Source: Bacterioplanes sanyensis
GTDB taxonomy: Bacteria; Pseudomonadota; Gammaproteobacteria; Pseudomonadales; Oceanobacteraceae
DNA: 32,000 nt
Direction of reading: 5' to 3'
Assembly (NCBI RefSeq): GCF_002237535.1
Contig: NZ_CP022530.1
Span: 1,887,248-1,919,247, forward strand
Shown here: positions 17,482 through 25,723 of the stretch, piece after piece
Layout: every line of letters starts with the position of its first letter
Numbering within the stretch: position 1 is the first letter of the stretch
The notes under the pieces: generated by a model
The model's input: the letters and a program-made list of their open reading frames with translations, nothing else
The model's database searches: none
Told to the model about the DNA's origin: nothing
Position numbers and translations under genes: made by a program

Positions 17482-19089
17482 TTATTTACACACCCTGGCT
17501 TGCTCGAAGAAGCCTCCAGCTTGGCAGGTGGTTCCTTCTTCGCAGTGGCTGTCTTCAGTGCAGTAACACTCACCACGTAAGTTACACCCTGGAGTCAGGT
17601 AGTTGCTCAGCGGGTCGTCGCCGGTAGCACGCTGCCAGAATGGATTGGTGAACACATTGTATGGGTCCACCTCCTGTTTGAAGGCTAAAAAGTCGTTCCA
17701 TTTAGGGAAACGTGATGGCATGTCTTCGAAGATGGCCACGGAGTTTTTACCCCAATGTGGACGCGCACCATACTTGCGCAGCGACATTTGTTCGATTTCG
17801 AGGTTAACAAAGTAGTTCTTTGGTACCGCAGCCCCTTCTTGACGCAAGGTGTATTCAATGCCGACAAAGGCGCTGTCACGTCCTGCACTCATGCCCAGAT
17901 AGCTGTCGGACGCTTTACCAAAGCGGAAATAAATGCCGTTCAGTGGGAAACAGGTGCGTGGGTTGTTGTCCAATATTTTACGTACGTCGGCAATCCAGTT
18001 GGGTAGCTGCTCGAATGGAATGGCCACTTCTTGCAGTGCGATGGGAAGCTTATCCCACACGCACTTATCTGGATCTTTGCACTGGAAATACTGCATACGA
18101 TCGGAATAGCCAACTGGCTTGTAGCTTTTAAAGCCAGTATCTAAATTACGGAAGTACGAGCCGTCGCGTGCTCCATAGCGCACTGCGGCGGCGAAACACT
18201 GCAAGCTCGAATTTTTGGTTTCATGTAAGGCGTCAAACAGTAAACCAAAGAAATATTCCTGAATATCCGACACATCAGCCTGAGCGTTATAGTCATTGCC
18301 TTTGGTGCTGAGTGGTACTTCGTTGTACAGCGTGGTGGTATAGCGGCCTAAACCCGGGAACCAAGCAACATTGGCAGAATAGTTATTGCGCGCCAAGTCG
18401 AGAATAACATCTTCTAAGTTGCTGTCATTACGATAGCCTTTGACTTCGGCTTTCACTTTGAATGCTGGTTCCAGCTGTACCGTGGCTTCGACCACAACCC
18501 CAAGCACGCCGAGATTGACACGCGCAGCATTCAAATCTTCGCCGGTCAGCACACGCACATCACCCATGCCATCGACAATTTTCATCGAGGTGATGTAGTC
18601 AGCAATCATATTGCTTTTTTTCTGGAAGGTTGAGCCATGGGTGCCGCTGCCCAGCATGCCGCCGATGGTAAAGGTTCCCAGTTCCGTCACCATGTTGACG
18701 GCCAGACCTTTGTCACGCAAAAAGTCGTTGAACTGATTAAAGCGCATGCCGGCTTCAACGGTAATGGTCATCGCTTCTGGGTCAAAGTCGACGACGTCGG
18801 TCATGTTTTCAAGGGTAACTTGTACTTGGCCATCTTGAGTACAGGCGGCGTCAATCTGGCTGGCAAACTTACGATTGCCGGTCATGATGGTATTGCCATT
18901 GACCAGAGCGTCACGCACGATGTCCTGAATTTCTTCAATGCTGGTGGGGCTGTGAATGATGCTGGGTGAACATTCATAGGTGCCCTGATAGTTTTTTAAT
19001 TTTTCATTTTCGTCCGAATACAGGCTGTAGGACGTTGTGAGTACTGCGCCAGCCGCAATCAGCGGTAGCCAGAGTTTTTTGAGTGTCAT
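17482..19089 (-). CDS. Exported FAD-linked oxidase, PCMH-type FAD-binding domain plus ALO (D-arabinono-1,4-lactone / L-gulonolactone oxidase-like) domain, with Cys-rich C-terminal tail
   Basis: Signal/anchor MTLKKLWLPLIAAGAVLTTS. FAD_binding_4-like motifs are present (P.S.EEIQ.IV, GGMLGSGTHGS, NLGVLGVV), along with the ALO hallmark ARPHWGK. The start is set to ATG 19089, which has a perfect AAAGGAGA SD 6 nt upstream. The track start at 19116 adds 9 non-signal residues. Confidence 0.85.
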   Translation of the reverse strand: MTLKKLWLPLIAAGAVLTTSYSLYSDENEKLKNYQGTYECSPSIIHSPTSIEEIQDIVRDALVNGNTIMTGNRKFASQIDAACTQDGQVQVTLENMTDVVDFDPEAMTITVEAGMRFNQFNDFLRDKGLAVNMVTELGTFTIGGMLGSGTHGSTFQKKSNMIADYITSMKIVDGMGDVRVLTGEDLNAARVNLGVLGVVVEATVQLEPAFKVKAEVKGYRNDSNLEDVILDLARNNYSANVAWFPGLGRYTTTLYNEVPLSTKGNDYNAQADVSDIQEYFFGLLFDALHETKNSSLQCFAAAVRYGARDGSYFRNLDTGFKSYKPVGYSDRMQYFQCKDPDKCVWDKLPIALQEVAIPFEQLPNWIADVRKILDNNPRTCFPLNGIYFRFGKASDSYLGMSAGRDSAFVGIEYTLRQEGAAVPKNYFVNLEIEQMSLRKYGARPHWGKNSVAIFEDMPSRFPKWNDFLAFKQEVDPYNVFTNPFWQRATGDDPLSNYLTPGCNLRGECYCTEDSHCEEGTTCQAGGFFEQARVCK

Positions 19090-19112
19090 TTGGCGTCTCC
19101 TTTCGACGATAA

Positions 19113-20957
19113 TCATCCAAATTGTGGAAGTAAGTGGCTATCAATCAGGTCGCGAACTTTGCGGCTGTGTAAGGGTTGTTTTTGCCGCAGAAAATCACCG
19201 TAATTGGCTTTGTAGATGCCGCTGGGCCGAGGCCCAATAGAGCCAACCCACAAGGCATGGTTGGTGGTTGCAAACTGCAGTTGCTGATGAGCGAGTTTGC
19301 ACAACGGGCCTGACGCCAAGTCTTTGGCATCAAAAAACCAGTACTCTTTGCCGTTTGAATCTGTACTGGAGGGGTGCTTGCGCACAACGGCAGTAAATAA
19401 ATAGCCATCGTCTTGCGCCGTCGAACCTTGTCGTGCCATAAACTGTGGTGTTCTGACCACACAATCTTCAGGGAAGGTATAGCTGTCGGTGATTCGCATT
19501 TGCTGGCAATCCATGTGCACAATGGACGATGGAATCGGTTGCTTGGGCAGGGACTCATTGTCATAAAGGCGGCCTGGGTAATCTTCGTAGGCACGCGCTA
19601 CGCGGCGGGGCAAATGCTCTGGTCGGTAGCCGATGGCCGACCAATAAATATGCTCAAACTTTTCCGGGAACTGAAAATGGCCGCGGTAGGCAGGGTCATT
19701 CATATCCCACAATAACCGCTCATCGCGAATTACGTGGAAGTCTTGTTTAATTTCCTCGGCGTGGCTATCACTCACCCAAATACGAGCTCTGACCAGACCG
19801 CCGACATCGACGGGTGCGACAGGGTAGCCAGACAACTCTCGTTCGACTCGACCACCAAAGTACAGGCGTTCCCAGTTAAACAGTTGCTCGGATTTATCCA
19901 TAGCGCCGAGATATTGGCCATATAGGGTAATTTCACCATGACTGTCGTCGAAGTCGCACATGATGTCGGAGGTGTCGAAGTCAAGTTCAATATAATCCGC
20001 AATGACATGTGGCTGCGCCGACAGCAAGTCACGTTTGCGAATGATCCACACCGGCGTTTTGTGCTGTTGCGGCGTAACAATGGTGGTTCCCAATATGCGT
20101 GTGGCTTCCACGCGTGCCGCGGTTTGGAAAATAAGAATATGATTGCGGGTCACGCCAAGGGAGTGAGACGTGGTTTCTAGCCAAGCGTTATTGCCCAGAC
20201 GGTCGACAATATTCCAACGCTGTAACTGACCATTAAGGTCCCAATAAATCAGGTGCAAAAATGCGTCTTTTCGGCCCATGGTGCCGACGTTGCCACCATA
20301 ATTGATGGTAAAGCACTCTTGGCGTTCGAGGTCAAAAAACGGATGACCTGTGGTGCGTACCTGAGGAAATAGATGTTTTTTGGGGGTTAAAGCATCTATG
20401 AAAGGCGGTAAGCTGGACTTCCATTCATCCGGCATGCCGATGGGGGTAACCAGATCCAGTGTGGTGGCATCAAACTCAAATGGCGTGCCGCCTTCGTAGC
20501 TGAAAGCAAAGCGGTTGTTGCCCATGTAATTGGGAGCGGTATTGCAGTAGTTCATATAGCCCAGCGTCAGGCTTTGGTAGATGGTGCCGCCCATCAGGTT
20601 AAATTTGTCTAATCCATGCGTGATGTGCGACTGCAAAATTGCTGAAGGGGTATCAATCATTTTGCGGGTGAAATCGATCTTGCCGCTGCCAATGTCTAGT
20701 CGGGTGACGGCGCCCCGTCCGTTGGGGCTGAGATGATTAGTTTCTAGTGGTATGCCTTCGGCGATAAACACATGGCCGTACATATCCTGCGGGATGTTGC
20801 CCTCTAATAAGTCCAGCGTGCCGCTGCTGGCTTGCAAGCTGCCGTGCATAATTGAGCGTGGAAAACTGGACTCCACTAACTCAGAGTGTGCCAATGCCGT
20901 TGATGGCAGCAGTGGCGTGGCGGCGGCTACTTTCAAAAAATCACGTCGTTTCATCAT
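19113..20957 (-). CDS. Tat-exported carotenoid oxygenase family (RPE65/CCD/lignostilbene dioxygenase-like) protein
   Basis: Twin-arginine signal MMKRRDFLKVAAATPLLPSTALA. Family blocks are LEGNIPQDMYGHVFI, NTAPNYMGNRFAFSYEGGTPFEFDATTLDLVTPIG and TTGHPFFD. TSHSLGVTRNHILIF sits in place of the HDF block, followed by QDDGYLFTAVV...FFDAKDL..GP and TTNHALW. It lies 23 nt upstream of the FAD oxidase on the same strand. Confidence 0.8.
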   Translation of the reverse strand: MMKRRDFLKVAAATPLLPSTALAHSELVESSFPRSIMHGSLQASSGTLDLLEGNIPQDMYGHVFIAEGIPLETNHLSPNGRGAVTRLDIGSGKIDFTRKMIDTPSAILQSHITHGLDKFNLMGGTIYQSLTLGYMNYCNTAPNYMGNNRFAFSYEGGTPFEFDATTLDLVTPIGMPDEWKSSLPPFIDALTPKKHLFPQVRTTGHPFFDLERQECFTINYGGNVGTMGRKDAFLHLIYWDLNGQLQRWNIVDRLGNNAWLETTSHSLGVTRNHILIFQTAARVEATRILGTTIVTPQQHKTPVWIIRKRDLLSAQPHVIADYIELDFDTSDIMCDFDDSHGEITLYGQYLGAMDKSEQLFNWERLYFGGRVERELSGYPVAPVDVGGLVRARIWVSDSHAEEIKQDFHVIRDERLLWDMNDPAYRGHFQFPEKFEHIYWSAIGYRPEHLPRRVARAYEDYPGRLYDNESLPKQPIPSSIVHMDCQQMRITDSYTFPEDCVVRTPQFMARQGSTAQDDGYLFTAVVRKHPSSTDSNGKEYWFFDAKDLASGPLCKLAHQQLQFATTNHALWVGSIGPRPSGIYKANYGDFLRQKQPLHSRKVRDLIDSHLLPQFG

Positions 20958-21579
20958 CAGCTCCGGATGGGCAGGGCCAGATCTCCAGTACGGCTGGAGA
21001 AAGGGCCTATGACTACCATGATGAAAAAACGGTACATACGTACCTTTACAGAAAACTAGAAATTATTCGTATTAAGAAATTTGCCAGAGTGAGAATTGCA
21101 CCAAGAATTGATTATTTAATTGCTGATGTTAGTTCTTAAGTATCAGTGCGCTGTGCTGCTTGATTTAATGATATGTTCGGGTTTTGCATTACTATTTCTG
21201 CAATCGGAAGTCGGCTTGCTGTCAATGAGCGAAGCTGGTGGCTCACCAGCACTCAACGCGGTATATCCATCGATATAAACGGTGCTTTTATCAACGCTCA
21301 TTTATTGAGGAAAATATTTTTATAGTTGTGGGGCTGGATCCACGGTCGGTACTAAGAGAGACCAAGAAAAAACCAAGAATGAGATCAAAACAAGCACCAA
21401 AACAAAGATCAACACAGAGATCACACATCCTCAAGTTGTTCTTTGAGCTGCCTATTACACATGGTCTCACTCAGCGAGCCTGTGCTCCTCACCTTGCTCT
21501 TGCAATGGCACCGGAGCGTGACCCGCCGGTTGATTCAGGCTCTAATAACCGGGTTATTGCAGAAATAAAGGAGACGTCC

Positions 21580-22098
21580 ATGCCGTCACAATCTGCGTTG
21601 TTTGATCGGTTAACGCAGGACTTGCCCACCGGGCAAGTGACTTGGCTCGGTGTTCGGCCTGCTCGACGACAGCCGATGACCACGGTGCCCGAAGCCTATG
21701 CCATTGCTGATCTTGGTTTGGAAGGGGATCGGCGCTGTCAGGGCAGTCCAGGTAGCGCTCGCCAGATTACTTTCATTAATGCCGAGCATCTCGACTTAGT
21801 AGCTAGCTGGTTGCAAACAGCGGATATCGACCCAGCGCTATTACGTCGCAATGTGGTGATCAGTGGTGTCAACTTGCTGGCGTTGCGTCACCAGCAATTT
21901 ACCGTGGGTGATGCGGTGTTTGAGGCAACGGCGCTGTGTCATCCGTGTTCGCGTATGGACGAAGCCTTAGGCCCGGGCGGTCAGGCAGCCATGTTGGGGC
22001 ACGGCGGTCTTTGTGCACGTATTCTCAAGTCTGGAATGGTGCGGGTTGGTGACTCGTTGCGCTGCTTGATGCCAGAGGAGCGCTGGCCGTCGGCTTGA
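21580..22098 (+). CDS. MOSC domain-containing protein
   Basis: 172 aa from ATG 21580, with a strong SD AAGGAGA 5 nt upstream. GLEGDR, RQITFIN.EHL, RRNVVISG and the conserved Cys in LCHPCSRMDE are typical of MOSC. The track's 114-aa N-terminal extension from GTG 21238 is low-complexity and not protein-like. Confidence 0.85.
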   Translation: MPSQSALFDRLTQDLPTGQVTWLGVRPARRQPMTTVPEAYAIADLGLEGDRRCQGSPGSARQITFINAEHLDLVASWLQTADIDPALLRRNVVISGVNLLALRHQQFTVGDAVFEATALCHPCSRMDEALGPGGQAAMLGHGGLCARILKSGMVRVGDSLRCLMPEERWPSA

Positions 22099-22368
22099 GT
22101 CGTGTGTGGGGGAATGCTACAGTCGCGCCAAGTAATACGTTTATCAATCCAATAATTGGACTGCCATACATCGTCCGTCTGTTTCAGGTACGTTGTCGTG
22201 CAGTGGTTATGTTTATGTCATCTGTAGTGAATCTGTTGGTTGTGGTTGGCGTTCAGCCGCCCGCAGCGGTTGTGGCTTAAGCCACGGTTTTCTTGCTGCT
22301 CTCCGTTTGGAGTTGTTACTGCCTTTGGTGAGCAGCGCTTTCGCTCGTTCCAACAGATGAGATTTGAC

Positions 22369-23316
22369 ATGAATACTCTTTTTTCCCGGGCGCCTTGGGT
22401 GCCCATGGCATTGTTTGTTTTGCTCTGGGGCAGTGCCGCCATTTTTACCCGTATCGGGTTAGATCACGCGACGCCATTGGCGATGTTACTGCTGCGCTTC
22501 AGCTTGGCACTGCTGGTGCTGCTATTCCTGTGCCTGTCACAGTCGTCCGGCCCGCGGCGTTGGTGGCCGGCCGCCAAACATCGCAAGCGCGTTGCTGCGG
22601 CGGGGCTGTTGATGATTGGCCTGTATTCCATCAGTTATTTTCAAGCCATGTATCACCAAGTGACGCCAGGCTTGCTGGCGACGGTGCTGGGTGTGCAACC
22701 GATACTGACCTTGCTGCTCACTGAGCGGCGCTTTTCGCCTTGGCGATTGCTGGGACTGTTGCTGGCACTGGCGGGGCTGGCGTTGGTGGTGTGGCAAAGT
22801 CTGGTGGCCGCGCAATTGTCGATGGTCGGCATGGCCTACGCGCTGGCGGCATTGCTGTGCATTACTCTGGGAGCTTTGTTGCAAAAAGGCGTTAACGAAG
22901 CACCGCTGCAGACATTGCCCATGCAATATGTGATCACGCTGCTGGTGTGCTTGTTGTGGGCGCCGACGCAGGCGTTTGAATGGCAAATGGATTGGGGCTT
23001 TTGGATACCCTTGCTGTGGCTTGGAATTGTCATTTCTGTACTGGCCCAGCTGCTGTTTTATCGGCTCATTCAAACGGGTAACTTGGTCAATGTGACCAGC
23101 CTGTTTTATTTGGTGCCGGTGGTGACCGTGGTGTTGGATTTCTTGGTGTTGGGCAATCGTCTGCCCTGGCTGGCGTTGGTGGGCATGGCGGCCATACTGA
23201 CCGGGCTGGCGTTGGCGTTTCGCCAACATGCTGTGAGCGACACCGCTGCAGCGCCAGCAGCTACATCAACGCCAACTTCAACGGCAACATCCACGCCGCG
23301 AGAGTCTAACGCTTAA
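22369..23316 (+). CDS. EamA/DMT-family transporter
   Basis: About ten hydrophobic helices, and a LLWGSAAIFTRIGL start typical of EamA repeats. It has a Thr/Ala/Pro-rich C-terminal tail (AAAPAATSTPTSTATSTP). The start is ATG 22369 or ATG 22357; the track start at 22240 is rejected. Confidence 0.8.
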   Translation: MNTLFSRAPWVPMALFVLLWGSAAIFTRIGLDHATPLAMLLLRFSLALLVLLFLCLSQSSGPRRWWPAAKHRKRVAAAGLLMIGLYSISYFQAMYHQVTPGLLATVLGVQPILTLLLTERRFSPWRLLGLLLALAGLALVVWQSLVAAQLSMVGMAYALAALLCITLGALLQKGVNEAPLQTLPMQYVITLLVCLLWAPTQAFEWQMDWGFWIPLLWLGIVISVLAQLLFYRLIQTGNLVNVTSLFYLVPVVTVVLDFLVLGNRLPWLALVGMAAILTGLALAFRQHAVSDTAAAPAATSTPTSTATSTPRESNA

Positions 23317-23878
23317 TCGGTGCAGACATAATATCGGTCGGTCGATCGATGTCGGTCAAAATACCGGCATCGTCGGTCGGCAGATAGTGCACCGCATATT
23401 GCTGCATTAAATGGCGCGCGCCTTGATCGCCGTGGCACTGCAGCAGCGCTTTCGCATGACGTTGGCTAAACCCCACCGGGTGGCCCCGTTGGTGCTGATA
23501 CATGGGTACCACAATGTTATGTTGCTGCAGTTGTTGTGCGACATGAAGGTAAGTACTGGCGTGGATGTAGGGCATATCTGCCAGCGCAATTAACCATCCC
23601 GACGCCTGGCGGCACGCCTGAACACCAAAAGCCAGACTATGACCCATGCCTAGGTGGGCGTCTGGGCACATGTCCCAGTGTATTTGCTGTGCTGTCAGTT
23701 GTGCGCCAATGGCCTCATCGCCATCGGCAAGCACTACAAAACAGGACAAGCCAGATTGGCGAATTGTAGCCACTGTGCGTTGCAATACGGAGCTGCCGCA
23801 AGGCAGCCTCGCTAGGCGCTTGTCGCCGCCAAAGCGGCGGCTGCTGCCAGCGGCTAACAGGAGAACGGTGGTGTTCAT
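23306..23878 (-). CDS. mocA: MobA-like NTP-transferase, probable molybdenum cofactor cytidylyltransferase (MocA-like)
   Basis: LLLAAGSSRRFGGDKRL..., ADMP, RGHPVGF and DIDRPTDI parallel E. coli MocA (AAGLSSRMG..K, GDMP, PGHPIL, DIDTPDD). It is the last gene of the XdhC/Mo-enzyme operon. Its 3' end overlaps the convergent EamA gene by 11 nt. Confidence 0.7.
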   Translation of the reverse strand: MNTTVLLLAAGSSRRFGGDKRLARLPCGSSVLQRTVATIRQSGLSCFVVLADGDEAIGAQLTAQQIHWDMCPDAHLGMGHSLAFGVQACRQASGWLIALADMPYIHASTYLHVAQQLQQHNIVVPMYQHQRGHPVGFSQRHAKALLQCHGDQGARHLMQQYAVHYLPTDDAGILTDIDRPTDIMSAPIKR

Positions 23879-23932
23879 GAATCACTCGCAAAAAATGCCA
23901 GTCTAACGCATGTTGAGCGAGCGAGATGAGCT

Positions 23933-24685
23933 CTACATGTAGCGGTCGGTGATGTCCTTCATCACGGCTTTGTCGGCTTTGACGGCATCCACCGCTTGCT
24001 GCAGCTGTTGCACGGTCGCACTGTCGATGTCGGTGCTCAGACTGAAATACAGCTGCGCTTCTTTCAGCGTGTGATGAGCGACAAAATCCTCATTGTTTAG
24101 GCCTGCTTGGCGAATGAACCAGCGGCCGACATTCTCTTCATAAGCCCAAGCATCGATGCGGCCTTTATTTAACATGCGCGCCAGTGATTCCGCGTTGGGG
24201 ACATGGCGAATGTTGGCGTCGACTGCGCCCTGAGCACGCGCCAACTGCTCGCCGATGTCATCGCGTATCACGCCAATCACCAAGCCAGACAAGTTGCCAT
24301 TGGCAGGCAATGTCAGCGGCCTGTCTTTATGCGCCAGTAACACGATGCGGGTATCGGCAATGGGACCCACCCATTGGAACAATGGGTCACGCTCTTCGGT
24401 GCGGGTGGTGGAGAACAGCACCACCCCAGGTCCATCCAACGCACTGCGATAGGCGCGCGGCCAAGGTTGTACCTTGATGTCGCTGCGCTTAATAGCTTGG
24501 CCGCTGCGTGCGGTGGCTGCTACCAGCAAGTCGACGGCCAGCCCTCGCAGTTCTTCGCCTTCGATCATGTTATAGGGTGGGTAGGACTCAGTGAGATAAT
24601 TCAGCTTTCTGAGGTCGGCATGTGCCGCCGTCAGCGCTAGCAGGCAGACAATAGCGGTGACGGTACGAATCAATGCAGTCGCCAT
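23933..24685 (-). CDS. Periplasmic solute-binding protein, family 3 (amino-acid/polar-ligand type), orphan
   Basis: Signal peptide MATALIRTVTAIVCLLALTAAHA, then ESYPPYNM and an overall length of about 250 aa, typical of SBP_bac_3. SD AAGGAAAG is present. No permease or ATPase genes are nearby. Confidence 0.75.
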   Translation of the reverse strand: MATALIRTVTAIVCLLALTAAHADLRKLNYLTESYPPYNMIEGEELRGLAVDLLVAATARSGQAIKRSDIKVQPWPRAYRSALDGPGVVLFSTTRTEERDPLFQWVGPIADTRIVLLAHKDRPLTLPANGNLSGLVIGVIRDDIGEQLARAQGAVDANIRHVPNAESLARMLNKGRIDAWAYEENVGRWFIRQAGLNNEDFVAHHTLKEAQLYFSLSTDIDSATVQQLQQAVDAVKADKAVMKDITDRYM

Positions 24686-24754
24686 GGCGCTTTCCTTTGT
24701 GAGTGGCCTGCTTTGAGATTAGGTGACGCGTTTGTGCGTTGTGTTGCAAAAACG

Positions 24755-25723
24755 TCAGTCGCTTTGGTGATTCTGTGTTACAGACGGCGCTAACGGTCGC
24801 TGCTGCAGCACATGGGCCAGCACCGAAATAGCGATGTGATAGGGCGTTTTGCTGTGAATCGGCAGACCAATGGGCGCATGCAGGCGTTGCAGCTGCTGCT
24901 CGGTGATGCCCAGTTGCAGCAGGCGTTGGCGGCGAGCCTCGGAGGTGGCCAAGGATCCCATGGCGCCGACATAAAAAGCTTGGCTGTTGAGGGCTTCTAA
25001 CAGGGCTAGGTCATCCACCCTGGGGTCGTGTGCCAGCGTCACTACGGCACAATGTGAGTCGTGGAACTGCTCAGCCACCAGTTCATCGGGCATGGCTTTC
25101 ACCACGTTGGCATGGGCGCTGGTGAAGCTGTGCAAAAACGGCTCGCGAAAATCACAAATGGTGACCTCAAATCCGGCCGGGGCAGCCAGCGCTGCCAGCT
25201 GCTGTGCCACGTCGGTGGCGCCTGCGATGAGCAAGCGATAGTCCGGCGCAAAGGGCTGTTGCCAGTGCAGCGCTGTCAGTTCCATCTCGGCGGCGGTGCC
25301 TTCCAGCAGCTCGCTGCGGCCGTCATTCGATACTCGACGTGTACACGCGCGGCGTTGCTGCAGCGCGGACAGCAGCGCTTGAAAATGCGCCAGCTGAGTG
25401 GGGTCGATGGCTTCCAATAAAATGTGCAGTTGGCCACCGCACGGCAAGCGATAGCGTTGTTGCTCGGCCTCACTGGCGCCGTATAGCTGACGTATTGGCG
25501 CTTGCGAGCGTGGTAATTGCGGTAAGCGCTGCAGCAAGTCTTCCTCGACACAGCCGCCCGACAATGAGCCCACATGGCCATGTTCGGCGCACCAAGCCAG
25601 TAGCGAGCCGGCTGGCCTGGGGCTGCTGCCATAAGTGCTGGTCACGGTGGCTAACCACACCTGTTGGCCCTGGCGTAACCAGTCCACCAGGGTGGCGATA
25701 ACGGCGCTTTGTCCCAGGCTCAT
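24755..25723 (-). CDS. XdhC/CoxI-family molybdoenzyme maturation (accessory) protein
   Basis: N-terminal XdhC_CoxI block (LATV..TYGSSPR.AGS..., GS.SGGC.E) and C-terminal Rossmann block (LLIAGATDVAQQLA..., TLAHDPRVD, Y.GA.GS). Its ATG overlaps the upstream gene's TGA (ATGA at 25720-25723). Confidence 0.9.
   Translation of the reverse strand: MSLGQSAVIATLVDWLRQGQQVWLATVTSTYGSSPRPAGSLLAWCAEHGHVGSLSGGCVEEDLLQRLPQLPRSQAPIRQLYGASEAEQQRYRLPCGGQLHILLEAIDPTQLAHFQALLSALQQRRACTRRVSNDGRSELLEGTAAEMELTALHWQQPFAPDYRLLIAGATDVAQQLAALAAPAGFEVTICDFREPFLHSFTSAHANVVKAMPDELVAEQFHDSHCAVVTLAHDPRVDDLALLEALNSQAFYVGAMGSLATSEARRQRLLQLGITEQQLQRLHAPIGLPIHSKTPYHIAISVLAHVLQQRPLAPSVTQNHQSD

Noticed and set aside
22537-23229. 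230-aa Q/R/H-rich minus-strand ORF, plus many other 60-190-aa ORFs antisense or out of frame within large genes (for example 3317-3721, 3740-4177, 12505-13071, 15063-15461, 25470-25931)
   Set aside because: They lie entirely inside well-supported genes on the opposite strand or in another frame. They have low-complexity or Arg/Pro/His-rich composition typical of shadow ORFs in GC-rich coding DNA, and they lack recognisable motifs.
23306-23316. 11-nt 3'-end overlap of the convergent EamA and MocA-like genes
   Set aside because: Short convergent overlaps are common in compact bacterial genomes, and it depends only on stop-codon positions. It is noted in the features but is not interesting in itself.
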